Assembly: GCF_964204645.1 (NCBI RefSeq)
Contig: NC_134025.1
Coordinates: 7,502,001 to 7,566,000, forward strand
DNA from: Tubulanus polymorphus
Lineage: Eukaryota > Animalia > Nemertea
DNA length: 64,000 nt
Direction: 5' to 3'
Under the pieces are notes generated by a model. It was not told the origin of the DNA, did not search any database, and saw only the letters and a list, made by a program, of their open reading frames with translations. A program made the translations under genes and the position numbers. This document shows, in pieces, positions 37,870 through 62,370 of this stretch (position 1 is its first letter; each line of letters begins with the position of its first letter).

Positions 37870-39534
37870 ATGTCATCCGAAGTAACGAAGTTAATGTATT
37901 CGTTCATGCATTTATCGAATTTTCTGTCTATAAGTGCCGTGTTGATATGCCTAGCATTAATGTTCATATTCATAGTCAGGTAATTAACGTATTTTAAGGT
38001 GGCATACAGCTCAATGTTATTAGTAACTGTTCACACAAGGGTTAGGGGTAAAGATAAAATATTAAGTTACCGGGGACGTCCCGATATTGGGTTATCGTTT
38101 GAGTACCAAATTTTTGCTCAATGCAAACTAAATGCATGTGATGCGACCCAATTCCTGTTATTTTTGCTTCTTTTTCAGGATAAATGGGGAGCACAATAAT
38201 GTTGGTATGCGCATAACACGGCAATCATTTGTTCCAGCACAAGATATTGTGGGAATATTCAACCCATTCGAAATAAAATTCCCAAATCTACAAAATAAAT
38301 CGCTTTCTGGTAAATGGAGACGGCATGATTTTATCCTTTACACAATCTCATTTTCATAAGAGTTTTACTGTTACTTAAATCTGTTAAATGTATTAAATAT
38401 TTTTGTCTTGATTGAACTGTTGAAATAACTTATTTCGATGATATTTCAGATGGAGTCCATTGTTCAATCACAACTAAGATCCCATGTTATATTCAGACAT
38501 TTTGGGGAGCAGTAATAGATAAGACCCATTGGAAAATTCGACTGCCATGGAGGCAGTACTTGGATGAATTACTGTCAGACAGTCTACTGAATGATCAATG
38601 CATTATTAAAGATGTTCCTCAATTGTATCTTTTTTCGTAATATTTTATTGAAAAGATGACCATTCCATTAAAACCCGTATGAAATTATCCTTAATTCTCA
38701 TATCTAGATTACACAGCGGAACGCATCATATGCATTTACAAACAGAGTTAAAAGTTGAGAGTCTTGGTCAGTCACCTCGTGCAAGGTATCCTCTGGTCAT
38801 TATTATGTCTACTCAAAACATCTATGATTCAGATAGCTCTGTGGTAAGGTGGATAATCTTTCTCAAGATTCACTTTAAATTGTGATACAGCTCTTAAATC
38901 TACTCACGGTATTGATCTATTATTGTAGATCAGTCTCATATCAATACTTCACCTGAAGGACAGCGTATGCGATGGGGCGTCACATTTGATATATAGTTAC
39001 ATAAAATCAAACCAAGGGGATGTCGGTCACCTATGCTCATTACAAGTAAGCACACATTTATGGCCTCAAGAATTGATTATTTGTGAGAATTTTTAAATAA
39101 TTCAGATGACAGATTTTTCACAGGAAGGAAAGTGCCTCGCGGTCAAATAATGCTTCAATCCCTTTAATTTGGATGCCACATTCCTTAAGGGGCACAACTA
39201 GTTCAGTTAAAAATCCTACATTATATATTTTCAGCAACTGTATGTAAGTGATCAGCAGTCAGATGGTCGTGGTTGTGTGGTGTGCTGCAATGGACCGGTG
39301 TTTTGTGCTTTGTTACCATGTCGACATACGTGTGTCTGTAAAAACTGTTTCTCTAAATTGGATCGATGCCCTATGTGTCGGTCGTTGATTACATCATTTT
39401 TCTCAATCGAAGAACACAATGAAAACCCTGTAAACTATGACCAGGAGGATGATATACAAATGCAGAATCTATCATGGATGCAAACCATTGAACTTTGGAA
39501 TCAAAGAGTTAATGAATATTTTGGTTTCGTTTGA
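37870..39534 (+). CDS. CGRRF1: Cell growth regulator with RING finger domain 1 homolog
   Basis: N-terminal hydrophobic segment, NPFEI, FWG and GQSPRARYPLV motifs, and a C3HC4 RING CVVCCNGPVFCALLPCRHTCVCKNC..CPMCR. Confidence 0.85.
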
Positions 39535-40010
39535 AGATTTGTTATTACTTTGGCGACGCTCAAGTGCTGTATATGTTTTTCAGTTGTTCTTTTTTAAGAA
39601 AGTTTTAATTCTACAATTGCTGTGTGTTAGTTGTTTGATTTATCAGTCATTGATGGTTAATTTGTAACACCGGAAGATGATTTAGCTTAATTCTGGATCC
39701 AGTTCTAGCAGTGAGCAAGTTGAAAGGACGCTGTCATTGATCGAAAGCATCTAGAAGGGCCGATAATCGACTACAAATCCAAAATCAGAGATTTATGACA
39801 TCAAATGTGAAATGTTTATTATAAAAATGTACATCACAATGTGTATTTTACAAATCTAAATGGATAGAATGTGCAGTAGAAACAGAAGTTACCAGCAACT
39901 TTCAAATTTTAAAGAATTCAGTAAATATTATAAATAATTACAGTGAGTCAGATTCATTAACTCTATTGCATCAGTCTACGACCCAGAAACTCTGATTTGA
40001 AAGAAAGGAA

Positions 40011-43000
40011 CTAATTACAATTCACCTTCATTTTCTTAGCTTCATTACTCAATACTAATGTATCTGAGCCTTTTCTCTTATGGTTTGGATGCCTGAAAAG
40101 TCAAATGGACAATAGAAATAGAAAACATAATTTCTTGAAATTACTTGAGCCACAGCTCAAATCTCAAATATATTTACCTCATAACAGAAGCAGCAACTTG
40201 ATTGATGTAAAAAGAATTTGGCGTAGGCTCGTTGACCAGGAAAGCACCAATATATTCAGGTTTCAAACAGTCAATTCCAGCTTTTACAAACTCATTTACT
40301 GGAAACTAAAAGAAACAAAGTCATTATAGAAGAGATAATGGAATAAGAGTTGGGTTTTAAACCAAACATCATCAAAGACTATTTTTTAATTTACCTCAGT
40401 TTTTGATTTGGTCTCGATAAATGCATGAGTACAAGATTCTAATACATTCGGGCTTGAATACGGTGGTCTGAAATTATAGGTGGATGCAATATGGTAGAGC
40501 ACCAGGTATATGAAAATCTAAACAGTTGCCCCTTGTGATATAAACATACCTCGTTGCTAATACCGTCCCTCCACCTGCCTCTATCAGCCGTTTAAACCCA
40601 GTCACTTTATGTGGCGTACAACAGAAAACAACACTCCAACCGCAGAAAGCTCCTTCGTGATGCTGAAAACAAATTAAACGCACAACTCAACACATTCTTG
40701 ATAAGAAACAGCGGTTGAATAAACCGTTGAAAACTCACTTGTTCAACCCTCAATCTCCATCTATGAGCAGCAGATGCTAAATCAAGCGACAATTTACTGA
40801 GGCCAGTCATACCTTCTGTACTAATACTACCCCACTCATGTTCAGACTCCTACAAGTAAACAAACGCATTATAGATATAGATATAGGGAAGAGATATTGT
40901 GAAATACTGTATTATATGTATGAATGTTACTAACTTACATCGACAAAGTGACCGGCAAGCTTACACGCTTGGAAGTAAGACTTATGTAAAACCCATTTTC
41001 CAGAAGCTATAGATGCCAATACCTTTTCATTACGTGTAGGTACCTCTGAAAATTTTCAAATCATGCAAATTCATGGTGAAAGAATGGCATTTTGTGTACT
41101 ATAAATATTCTTTAAATCATTACTTACCTATAACTAGATGTGTGGATTTTGTATCAAAATGTTGCGAGTCTGAACAAATACCACCAAGCTGCTCAATTAA
41201 TGCACCATAAACTGTGCGTTCCTAAAAAAGAATCAAGTTTTGATGACTAGAAGCTAGAGAATCTATTTCTGTTCAATCAACTCTTTACGAATACCTACTT
41301 CAACAGATATTCCGGACAACAAGAAAACAGGATTGGTCTTCAATTTCATCCCTTCTTCCTCATTTAAATCGTCGCCATCGTCGATCAACTCAATAGGCTG
41401 TGGTGGTGGAATGTTAGTAGATTTAGGTCGAGGGAACGTAAGTGATGGTGGTTCTGGGGTTACTGTACGGTCTGCTTGATGGTCATTCTGTGCATCCTGT
41501 AAATTAATGATAAAATGAAATGCTGTTCTGAAGATTACAGGTAAGTCTTCCAAATAAGACTCACGATTACAATATTTCATACCAGTGGTTGGTCAATTGG
41601 TACATTATCTGCATTCGAAGGAAAAACCGGCTGAAACTGAAAATCATTAGGTTGAGTTGGATTATAAGCACGCTCTAATTCATCAGCCATCTTCTCTCTT
41701 TCTAATCTACAAAAAGATTTGAATTATCCCTATACATGTGATCTCAATAGAAACGAATGATTTTCTAGGTGATTAGTTTTGAATTTACCTGCCAGTAGGA
41801 TCGTCCCACATTACTTCTAAACTCTGTGAAGCTTCACACTGAGTGTCTGGTGGCGCAATATTTTCCACAATTTCTTCTATAAGTATATCGATTGATTTAA
41901 TCAGAAGCTAAAAACAATAATTCTACAACAAAACTACCGGGAATCGTACCTTTTGAGGTATGTTTCACAAATTTGGATCGTGTTGACTTTGACTCATTAC
42001 TGACATTACTTTCATTTGACGATGAAGCATTTAACTGTCCGAACGCTACAGAGAGAAAGAATACAATGAATGGCGCATAATTCAAAATAGCACATTATAC
42101 ATTGATAAACCGGTAATAGACAATTTATAATTAAAACTTACAGTTGAGCCGCCTACTTTTCCGTCTTTCGGGTTTTTGGCCTCTGTAATTACGATCAAGA
42201 GTTTGAGTTCATGCATCAAATAGATGAAAAAGAAAAGATACTGGACGTATTAGAAATTTGCTTACTTTGTGGCATTAATAAGGTCTTCCATCTGTTTACA
42301 TAAAACTTTACTGCTCTCTGATACAGTCATAGAAGTCTCTTCTACATTCTCTTTAGTGGCATTCTGATAAAAATGAAAGGAAACAGCCTGTACAAGGTTT
42401 ACTGGTACGTTGTATCCAAATGAGATAATATGTCACGATATGTATGGTAAGCTTTATCTACCTGAATTGGCTCAGACTCTTCATTGATGTCTATGTTATT
42501 AGCACTAGGAGCAGGAGTAGCTGCAGCAGCTGGGGTACGTTCATCTTCTGATGAATTACTTTTTGAGGTCGTTTCCTCTTGGTTCGAATCGCCAGTAGTA
42601 CTGCTATTACGCACGGACCTGCGTGTGGACCGACCTGTTGGAGTCGGTGTCGAGACTGACTGTTGAAAAGTGGATGAAAATCCAAAATTAGATTAGCCTT
42701 GCATAGTTTCTCTTTATTTCAATGATTAAGTACATACTGGTTGGTACATACCAGACTCATTTTTGGATTATAATTGTGTGGAAAAAGTGCCTCCTCAACT
42801 TTAGAATTCATATCTTTACACTAAAAAATACATTTTCAAGTTGTTAAGAACTGTAACATTTTCTAATGAATCCTGGACAAGTGTTCTGGTTTCAATTTAT
42901 TTCGTGTAATAGAATTTTGCTGTGTATGTATTTTCATAAGATACATGCCAGTAATAGCCAATACGGTGATATGATGAACTTTTTCTGCTGTTTGGCTGTC

Positions 43001-46000
43001 TTATACTCTTTATCAGTTCCACGGCCCTGAAAGTCAACAGTTCATACATATAAATATACTTAACTCTTAAGTTGAGAGTTTGGCACTAGAAGCGTGTGTC
43101 ATACCTGATAAAGTAAATGAGTAACAGAGGAATCATATGTCCATCGATAGTCTGCTCCTAATGGACCAGCTATATTGTGGTATTCAGCTTGTTTAGCTTG
43201 CAGTTTCTTACTGACATAAATCACAACACCAGCAAGTGGTTTATTTAGATCGTTATCCTGTGTTTTAAGTAAATTAATACACAAAGATTGTTACAGTTCT
43301 ACGAATGAATAAAGGAGGAGTTCACACTGAGTTACAATTACTCAACTGACCTCAGAATTTCGCGTGTTTTGTTCAACATCGTCCTCAGCTCCACCAACCA
43401 GAGCCTGGTCAAGTTGTAATCCTCCTTTCGCCATATTCTCTACCCCTTTTGCTAAATTCCTACTGATCAATTCAGCAATGGGCTAAACAATTTGGGAATG
43501 AAAATCAAAAGATACAGTGTAAAAACTCATTTCCAATATCTACAAAATATACACGTACACTAGTAATGTGTTGTGTTTTATCTGCAGAGACTTACTGTAC
43601 TATTTCTTCTCTTTAGTTGTCCAGCCTGCCTTACAGCATTAACTGGAGTTTTAATAGCATCGAGGAAAGCCTAGAGAATATTTCAAGTATTTCGTTAGAT
43701 CTAGCATATATTTTTTGTGTTTACTCACAATATCCTCCACTTGGCTACATGCACTTACCGCGCAATCAAAGTTTGGTATAAATGGTTTATCGGGGTTCAG
43801 AAATTGTCCAGGTGACACTAAATTATGATTGGGTTTCGGCGTCAAAGATTCTGCGCTTGCCATCAATGCCTTCAATACAAAATATTCAATTAGTTACGAA
43901 ATTAGATATTATCCGAATGTCATCATCGTTTTTGTCATTAGTGACTTTAATAAAACATTTTTGGTCTTTTTACCTGTACTCTTTGATTAATGAGTTTAGG
44001 CGTTTTTGGTGGAATATTTAAATCTCTTGGAGATTGCAGAGGTAAACTTTCACGATCTGTTGGTATTCGATTGGTACTGGTAGGTGTAATTGCTATATTT
44101 CGCTTGTTTGATGTCGGAGTGTTAGTGGCGGAACTAGTACTGGTATTCATATCTTCTTGTTTTCATAAATAAAAAGTTTATATTCATAATTCTGTCAAAA
44201 GAACAACGAACTAAAGTCACATCAACCATGAAAATTCGATGCTCACTCGATGCTGCCGCCGCCGCTGTTGTTGTATCAACTGAATATTTATCTTCTGCTA
44301 TCTTTCTACCAGTTTTAGCACACTCATACAGCCATCTACATTGTAAAGAAAGGAGAGATTAACCTAAACAAGACATTTCGAAAAACAAAAAAAAGTTGAA
44401 TTAAATGAAATAACAATGACTTACTCTTCTCGGACAATTTGAATTTTCCATTTAACAGCAGCCTTGTATTTGCTGCTACCTATACCAGCAGGAATATTGA
44501 CCAGTAAATGAGTGCTCGCTTTCAACGCTTGCTCGCTTTTAGCTTTGTGAGCTAAATGATCTTGTACGCTGAAATAAGAAACAAACTATTGCTTGAATTG
44601 TGGCCGAAAATAGATGAAAAGAATATTGATCGGACAAACTCACCAGGCTCCTAAACTTTCAGCTATCTGGTGCAAACAATTACGAAACGATCCAACAAAA
44701 CCGCTTTAATCAGAAAGAAAATCACATTGTTAATACCAACTGATAAAGAAACTTGAAACGTTATCCATATTGCATCATCAATTTTTTATTGTAACCTGAT
44801 AGTAACAACACATCCGGTAAGAGGCTGTGCATCTGCTGCAAGTGTTAATGGTCGATACAACACATGATCATCAACTGAGAGTAATGCTTGTTCTTCAATA
44901 CATCGATCCTAAAATACAAATAAGTATTTCGTTAGATAGCCAAAACCTAGCATATATTTTTTTGCTGTTTACTCGCACATCGCACGATAACCTGTGGACC
45001 ACTGATAGACGACTGAGGGGTTAATAGGAGACTTACAATCCATGCAGTAGATACGACTTCACCAACTGTGATGTTAACAGGATAACCGAATAATGGAACC
45101 ACGGCGTAATCAACAACATGTCGTACGACTGATTGAACCAACTTTCCTGTAATCAGTAAATACTTACAATCAGTCACTTGATGTTTGACATTTTTAGATC
45201 GATAATCCTCAATATATTTAGGCTTTAATTTACCTCCCATTTCAGTAATGATTTCTTTTAGATGCTCAACATCTGTGTCTAACCCAAATAGGATGAACTC
45301 TTTGTCTTTAAACGGTAGCGCCCAGTATGTTGTTTCCATTGTATTGTCAACTATCAAAACATCAAATATGTTATAGATTATCCATGCATTCATTCATCCT
45401 GAATCATTATAGATCTTCAATCATACCTAGTTGTGAATTGTTATCCGGTACTGGAGGAGCTGTCATGTCATGATCTGGGTCATCCAACTGTCGTTCTGGG
45501 TCACCTGAAAAAGAAAATAGCAAAGCACTGATACCTGTCTGGAGAGGGATGAATGAGGTTTAGGTGACATTAACTAAAAGTGTCACTCACCTAAATACTG
45601 GCTCAAAATATCATTCATATCATCCTGATTATTTTCCAATTGGTTAGGCTTAGGAAAGGGATCTTTCTCATTTTGTTTAGGCTTGACATCCATTTTCCTA
45701 GAGATAACAAACAAACGTTTTACCACAAATTTCTCTTAATACCACATTCAAATCAGTATTTCTACCATAGTTAGAGATGATTTGATAAAAAAGAACTATT
45801 AGTTTATCGAAAAATGTTGCTCAAATAATGACTAATAAGCTATTCTTAACTGACACATGTTAAGATCATGTACCGGTACCAATACTTACTTTTTAGGTAT
45901 ATCTATTTTTTGATCAGATGTTGCTTTTTCAAAGCGGAAAGGTATCTCATCAACAGGATGTCCTTGTTGTAAACTCTCGAGCAGCCATGAAAGAGTCACT

Positions 46001-49000
46001 ACTTTGGGCCTATCAGTATAAGAATTGTGTAAATGCAAACATAAAATTGATTTTAAACATGGCAATTTCATTACTTACAGTACATTGTTACTTACTCAAA
46101 CGATTCTTTGATTATCAAATCCAAGTCTGATTGAATTCTTTCACCCATTATTACATGTGTTACACACTCATTTATATTGCTATAGCTGAAAAATGTAGAT
46201 TAGCAATTATCAACTGTTACAAAAACGAAATAACTATAAAATGATCAGTTCGAAAATATGCAACTGGTCATTTGTCTCACACACCGTGTTGCGCCTCCTA
46301 AATTGATGATTTTCTTCACTTTTTCACTGTCTTGTTGCGAGAATCCCACCACATAAATCTGTAAGCATTTAGAAAATCGTGATTTAAAGACTTATGTAAA
46401 ATGACTAAATCCGTTAGGTTAGCTGGTCAGGTAAGAACCTCAAAGTTACCTTACAGCCATCAAGGAACATTTCGTGGGATTGAACTTCAGGTGAATTCAG
46501 ATCAAGATTTTTCAATTCTATCAATTCTGGTTTCAGGTCAGAACTAGAGGGTCGTCGAGTAAAGCTTGTCAGAGGTTTCGCCATCTCCATTGAAGCATCT
46601 GTGGTTTCATCTATTGCAGATACTGCCGACATATTAGACGAGTCGATACAGCTGATATCCGTTAATGAGTGCAATGATGCTGAAATATATTTAAAGACAC
46701 ATTTGAAAAATATGATAAGTTTTTACCACAGGACAGGCCACTAATTCCAGCAGGAACAAATGATATCAATACCTCTATCCTTAGTAGGTGTAGAGGTAGC
46801 TTTCGATTTGTCAGGACCAACAGTATACAGTGTTTCATCCAAACGATAACCTCGCTCAACTGAATCGTGTAACCACTGTGGACTTACGATCAGTATACCT
46901 TTCCATTTAACAGCAAAAGTATATTTTTTACCTAAAATGTAATATTCCGGACATGATAACTGAAAAAAGATTTCTATTGACGGAAAATTTCAAATCTTTG
47001 TCATCAATTTACCACGCGGTTCTGATGTAACAAGGTGCGTGCATTCTTTGGCTATCATCTGACCTGAGAAACGTCCACCTAAAAAGAATTCAAGATGATT
47101 TTTCCTTATTTATAGGGTTCAAATTCTATTTGGGGTGATTGTACAAAATAAGCATGATTAAGGGGAGATTGACCATAAATGATATATTTTGAATAATTTC
47201 GTTAATAAAAGTTTCATCATTCTAAAAAAAATTTTATATGGAAAATTCGAATTTTTTTGTTAAAAAACACTGACCTGGGGCATTTAAAGCAGGGTTAACG
47301 CTAGTTTTTTAATGTACACTTACCAGCATCTTCAATCAACAGCTTATACCGCGCTCTTTCACTTAGGTCAAATCCTGATAATGTTATCACGGCCTTGTAA
47401 AAGACAGGAGTTCTAAGATGGGAGAATTGTTCCTCAGTTGCTGCACATATGCGTTTTTGTGATTCTTTCCAGACAGCGTCAATCCATTCAGGCAACATTA
47501 TAGGCACACCCATCTGGCCAGCAACCTAAAAATAAAAATAAATTACAATAAAACCCTGCTAGGGCACGTGAATGATCTACCACCAGGTCTATACCTAGCC
47601 GACCATACCTAGTCGAACTTTTTCACTAGTTACTCAGTCTTCTTCAACTTTTCTCTTGAGTTAATCAGAAAATTAAGGGTTTTTTATCTGTGTGCATTTC
47701 GAAATCAAAGGAATAGAAAAATTTAGTGTGACTAACCAGATATTTTTGTGAGCCAGTATCTGCTGCTACGAGATGAGTCACATTGTCGTTGAATTGTTTG
47801 TCAACTTTTCCACCCATGTACTTGACTAATTTAAAACATTTGTTCTGGAAAAAACGAAAAAAAAAACTTAAATGCATATTTTCAAAGTTATTCGTTCTGG
47901 CATAATGAAGTGCAAAATAAGAACTGACTCGTTGTTCAGTGGGAACTCCTGTACAGCAAATTGTCAAGTTATTCATAGACATACAGAACACTGGATGTGG
48001 AAATCTTGGAAAACCCTAGAAAAATAAGAGAATTAAAAACAGTGAATATACAATGTAATACAACTGGGCCGGATCAAGGAAGGCCACTGTCCAGAAGAAA
48101 ATAAAAAGTATTTCATGAATGAAGCAGCCAAGTAAAAGGTTATAATACCTGTTGGTAATAATACATCGAACTAAGTGCCATAGAGGAGTAGCTTGCATGC
48201 ATTTTAAGTTGATGTACATAAGAATAGATGTTTAAACACTTAAGAGCTATACCATTTTATATTCAATATTGCCACAAGGACATAATGAAACAGGATTGGC
48301 GTTTTCACGAGGTTCTGCCCTCGGTTTTAGATTATTTTTGAGTAAATACATCCGAAAGCTTGCAATTTCTGAGAGGAGTTTATTCGTGTCAAATTGACAA
48401 GTTTTAACAATCTGTCATGATGAAAAGGGCAACCTCAACGGGAAGGAAAGGGTCCGAACCACCGAGATCACCACCTAAATCCACCCCTGTATAAAACGAG
48501 GACATATCTCCAACAAACTTACCACACCAAGCTGAAAGCAGTTAATTGCACAGAATGGTCCATATATCCTAAAAATAATAATATGAATAATATGAAATCA
48601 TATTTTTCACAAGGCAAAATCAGTTCCAATAAAAATGGATGAAGAATTTACCGATTTTTAGTCGATTCTAAATGCTGGAATTCAGGAGTTGAAAAATCAT
48701 TTACAAACATTGTAACTCGTGATTTTTTCTCTTTGATCGCATAACATTCATCTTTACTAATCCAAATTGGTGAAGTCTCTGCCCCCAAAATCTACAATAG
48801 AGAATCCTCAAAAATAAAAAGTGCCTTTTGTGAATGAATGACTATAGGCCTACACTACCCCACACAGTCAGTCACAATGATCTTATCTCCGATCTAATAT
48901 CATACCTAGTCTGAATACCAGACAATCTTGGGCTATCCCTAGATCCATACACGTGAGTTTTGGGAATGATGACCATTATTACAATCGCACATACCTTGAA

Positions 49001-49078
49001 TGCCTGAAGCAAAGGCTGCGGTATTGATTTTTCATCACCATCCGGCACCGGTTTCAGGAAATAAACTGCCAAATTCAT
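40011..49078 (-). CDS. TOPBP1: DNA topoisomerase II-binding protein 1 (multi-BRCT)
   Basis: Multiple BRCT repeats ([39 protein letters not shown]). The ATR-activation-domain motif [15 protein letters not shown] lies at about 41790-41835, and the C-terminus is basic. Confidence 0.93.
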
Positions 49079-49875
49079 TTTCACCTAAAAATATACAAGC
49101 ATTTAAGGAATATGTATCGTAAGTACTTTTCACCTCACTTCTTCTTTCTGTAGCTTACTACCAATGCCCCCTACTTAAACTACCGCACCGGACGGGACCT
49201 ACGTTATTAACAGGCGATCAATTGGGAATGAAATGTCTTTTTTATACTTTTTGAATTTCTCTCCGGATGTCAATGATTGGTCAGTGGGTGGTGTAATGGG
49301 TGGTGTGACAGCAGGTGTGGTAGACTTTCCATAAAAAGAAATTTTTCATTCACTATTTTCAAAACCTGGCCCTCTCATCTGGACCTGTCTCACTCTCAGT
49401 CTCAGTGTCTGGCTCTGCGCCCCTGACCTGTGGCTGTGCGCCTGTTTTAAAGTTTACGACAATTGAAAACCACCAAATTAGGGCATTGGGCGCTGGTCGC
49501 ATGTTCAAATTTTGTCGAAAGAAAGGATATATTATGATATACCTTCGCATTGTCATTCAGTTTCGTCAATTATTGTTTGATATTGTTTTTTTTATCGCGA
49601 TTTGATTTTCGCCCCAGCGGATGTAAGAAAGTGCCCTCTACTGGGAAGAAGTTTACTCGCCTTCCAAAACAGTCAAATTCAATTAACTCTGTATATTGCA
49701 TAGAGACCATCTTCATATTGAAATTGTCAAACTATTTTTATCAGATAGATAACAGAAATGATTTGAAATACGAATTAGGAAGTTATTATCAGCAAGCCTA
49801 TTTCATAAGCCGGAGATGAAAACTCGCGTGCCAGGGCAAGTTTGCCGCCGATTGCTTAACGACGAAACTAACAAG
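49079..49875. promoter_or_regulatory. Probable bidirectional promoter / 5' UTR region (TOPBP1 and DPY30)
   Basis: Divergent starts are about 800 bp apart. An E2F-like TTTTCGCCC is near 49605 and a YY1-like AAGATGGCGG overlaps the DPY30 start. Confidence 0.45.
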
Positions 49876-51037
49876 ATGGCGGATGGTAATCTTTTTCTAA
49901 TATCTAACAGTTTCCCCCTTATTTTAACGGGGATAATCTCATTCGCCTGTAAAGATGTTTTTCGTTTGAATAATCGGGTCGTTGGTAGATATTGTCCTAA
50001 GCAATGATCTTGCTAAAACGTCGCATATATTCGCTATAAAATCAGAGACTGGTTGAAAATATAAAATTAAAAACAATCACAATCACGTCACTATATTTAC
50101 TAACCACTGTAACTGATTGATTGTAATCTTAAGTTTAAAGTGGCCGTAGTAAAACGTTAGAGCGTTTACGTTCAAGTTGTATGGCTTCATTGAATTATGT
50201 ATCATTAAGTAATTGTCTATTAATCATATATTTACATTTTAGGCCGGGCTCTGGCTGCTCAATAAAATCTTATAAGTGAGGCCTGATTAAACTTTTCTTC
50301 GTGTTCTATTTCAGATCAGCCAGCAGCTGCTGCAGTTGATTTGAATGGAGGAGCTGATTCTGTTCCGAAAAATGATGCGACTACACCTGTACCACCGGCC
50401 CAACCAGCTACTGATCCACATGCAGCACATGGATTAACAGATAATGTACAGGTAATGCCTTTAGTTTAGCCATTTATTCTCAAGTAACCTGTAAATTTTT
50501 TTTTTTGATGATGATGATGAAAGGCTATAGCATATGGCTAGAGTAGAATACATCTTTTAATCACCTTTTATGATTGTTGTAACATTTTATCGTTATTAGA
50601 AAATTATAGTTGCGGAAAAAGAAGCAATGGAATCACAGACCAAAAAGCCAAAAGTGGAACTGCAGTCTCTGCCAACACGTGCTTATTTGGATCAAACAGT
50701 TGTACCAATATTATTGCAAGCGATGTCAGCATTGGCAAAGGAAAGGTAAAAAACTTTTGTTCGTAATGAATATACATCATCTGACATGATTAAGGCAAAT
50801 TATCTTGATCCGAGTAATACATGTTACGATCTGTTTCATAAAGAAAACAGTTAGAATTATATAGCTTATGTGTGATTTTTATGAATATCATGGACAAATT
50901 CAAAAGCTTGATTTCTTGGCGACAAACTTATGAAATATTGATGTTCTTCGTTATTTCTTTTTTTGTATTTCAGACCTCCAGATCCGATTGAGTATATGGC
51001 TGCATATCTGTTAAAAAACAAGAAACAGTTCGAATAA
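49876..51037 (+). CDS. DPY30: Dpy-30 histone methyltransferase complex subunit (4 coding exons)
   Basis: [29 protein letters not shown]|[16 protein letters not shown]. This gene is absent from the ORF track and was read directly from the sequence. Confidence 0.95.
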
Positions 51038-52091
51038 ACAGCATATTGAACAGCTTATTGGTTTAACAGACACAACGTTTGTTGTATTTCCGCTCTTACT
51101 AATGAGCTGCGTGTGCAATCATATTATATTGTTTCTAGCACATTGTACAATATTGTATGATGAAAACCTGTGTTTTTAAAACTTGTTTTGATAACACGTT
51201 CACTTATCTTGTAAAGAAAGAAATTGTTTGATATTTCATGAAATGTAACATTGAAAAAATAAAGGTTTTTAAATGTATATAGCTGTATTTCTTTTTACGT
51301 GACATATATCAATTATTGGAGTCGGTGCAGTTTTGCGAATTAATATCGGGATGGCGTCATTTAGGAAAAATTGCATGCATAGACGCGCGTTGAGTGCTAT
51401 TGACGCATGAAACGATTGCCTTTGTTTTCATATTTCGTACTGCCAATGGATAGATGCCATATGTGCGCACGAAGAGACGACTTATGTTTTTCGCAATAGA
51501 TCTGCTCAAACTACGTTAAATATTTGCTAGACCAGTCTTTAATGAAAGAAAAATAGAAACAATTTGTTCGTGTAAATCTTCAGAAATATATCTGCTTTGT
51601 TAAATGATATTATTGATATCTGAAATTCCAAACTACGAGGACGACACGTGAGTTCCTATAAAGACATGCATTCGTTAAGTAATAATTGGCCAGTGATCAA
51701 TTCAATGAAACAAAAATTCTTCTTATGGTATCTTTATTTTCGAAATCTGAATAAAATTTATTAATTACTTCTTATAAGATTAACGATTAAAATTAAACTC
51801 GCAAAAGAAACAACACATAAATCACAAATATTGACGATTTTCATCGTCCATCTATTATGGAAGATTAATCCGATGTTTTGATATGCATTCCATGATAAAT
51901 ACATGTAAAACTTCATAATCTTTTATCACACATTTAATTTCAACCATATTTAAAACGAACAATGCAGGATATGGCGAAGAAATTGGTTTCCTGAAAATAC
52001 GTATTGACATTATCATCCCAGACATTAATACATTGATCAAATAAAACATTTTAATACCGATTAAAGAATATAGTAAGTCACATATGATGCA

Positions 52092-60903
<8,812 letters not shown>

Positions 60904-62370
60904 TGTATGGTAATTACTATCCACACAGTGCCGTCACCTAAAACACAAATTTACGAAGATAGGGCTGCAAAACGTTTGCGTCCGTCCGGGCCGTCCGTTA
61001 TCTGAAGACTAAATAAGTCAACGAAACCCTGAACTCGAGTGACAACTGAAGCAAGCGTATTAAAATTAGCACTCGACTAATCCTTTTCTATTTCTCCAAG
61101 CATTATGAGCAAAAAGGACATTAATATCTCATTAACCGAAATATGCCTATGCAATCATATACACGGATCTTACATTATTTTAGTAGACTAGTCTCTATAT
61201 TTTCTGGTATACTTTCATGCTGTAAATTACGTACATAATTTGTTTAATCTCGATTAATGTTGTTATTTTGAGAATTGACATGTCTGGTTAAGTAATAATG
61301 TATGTTGAGTTGTTTGGGTTGTTGGAGTTGTTTGAACAATTAGTGTCCGTGGTTACTCCTTGTCATAACATGTCATCACTAAAATTGTATATAAGGTTTT
61401 GATTCTGACAATTAAAAAAAATGTTGAGATGTAATAGATTTATGGTAGAGAATAGAAAGAAATATGAACATTATCAACGTTTTGTCTTCTTGGTTGTCGC
61501 TGATTTAGTCAGTGATTATGATAATTTTAGTATATTTCAAATAATAGATAGATCTGTATGTAACATAACAATAAACCCGGAGTATATGATGAATCATTGT
61601 TAATATCTCATCTCACCAGTTCTGCTGAAAAAACAGAACCCGATCTTAATGAACCAAATTCAAAAAGTGCTTTGCAGTATCTGGAAATCTAATGTCAGGA
61701 TTCGAATGGCTTATGATAAACTGTATAACATAGGTAACTACATGTGTAAACATTTAGCACGATAAATATGATTTACTAAATCTTGATGTTCATATCAATA
61801 AATAAGGATTCATTATATATACGTACCTTATACCTTGTGATCTGTTGTACTGCCTATAAACTGGGCAATGCGCGATGAATTATACAAATAGATAAGAAAG
61901 TTTGGACTAATCAAAGATCGAATCAAACCTAAGAACCTTATCAGTTCAGCAAAGTTGCCTGATCAGATAATAAAGTATTTTTATCATACTATCAACTTAT
62001 CGAACCGACATGTTTTCATATTTCACTATACAAAAATATGACACATAAAGTCACCAAAATTTCAGCATACGTGATCTTGTCTCTATTCAATCAGAATACC
62101 CAAGACCAGGGATAATTTGTGGCTGCCTAAATGTACGTAACGCTATTTCGAAAAGAATTCAGTAGTAATAACGATTGAAATTTGTATCTGTTTGGATCTT
62201 TTTCCATTTAGACAAAATATCATTAAGAAGTTGATAATAATAGAAGGTGATATGATGTTTTGGATGTAATGTACAGAAATCGGTGTTAGTTAGGAATTAA
62301 TTTCATCGTCACATTGATCTAATTAGTTTTTACTCTGAATATGAAAAGTTCAGTTTTCTTAAACATGCTA

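Noticed and set aside
61360-62270. Possible small plus-strand spliced gene upstream of XDH
   Set aside because: Exon-like pieces exist but could not be joined into a consistent frame or recognised.
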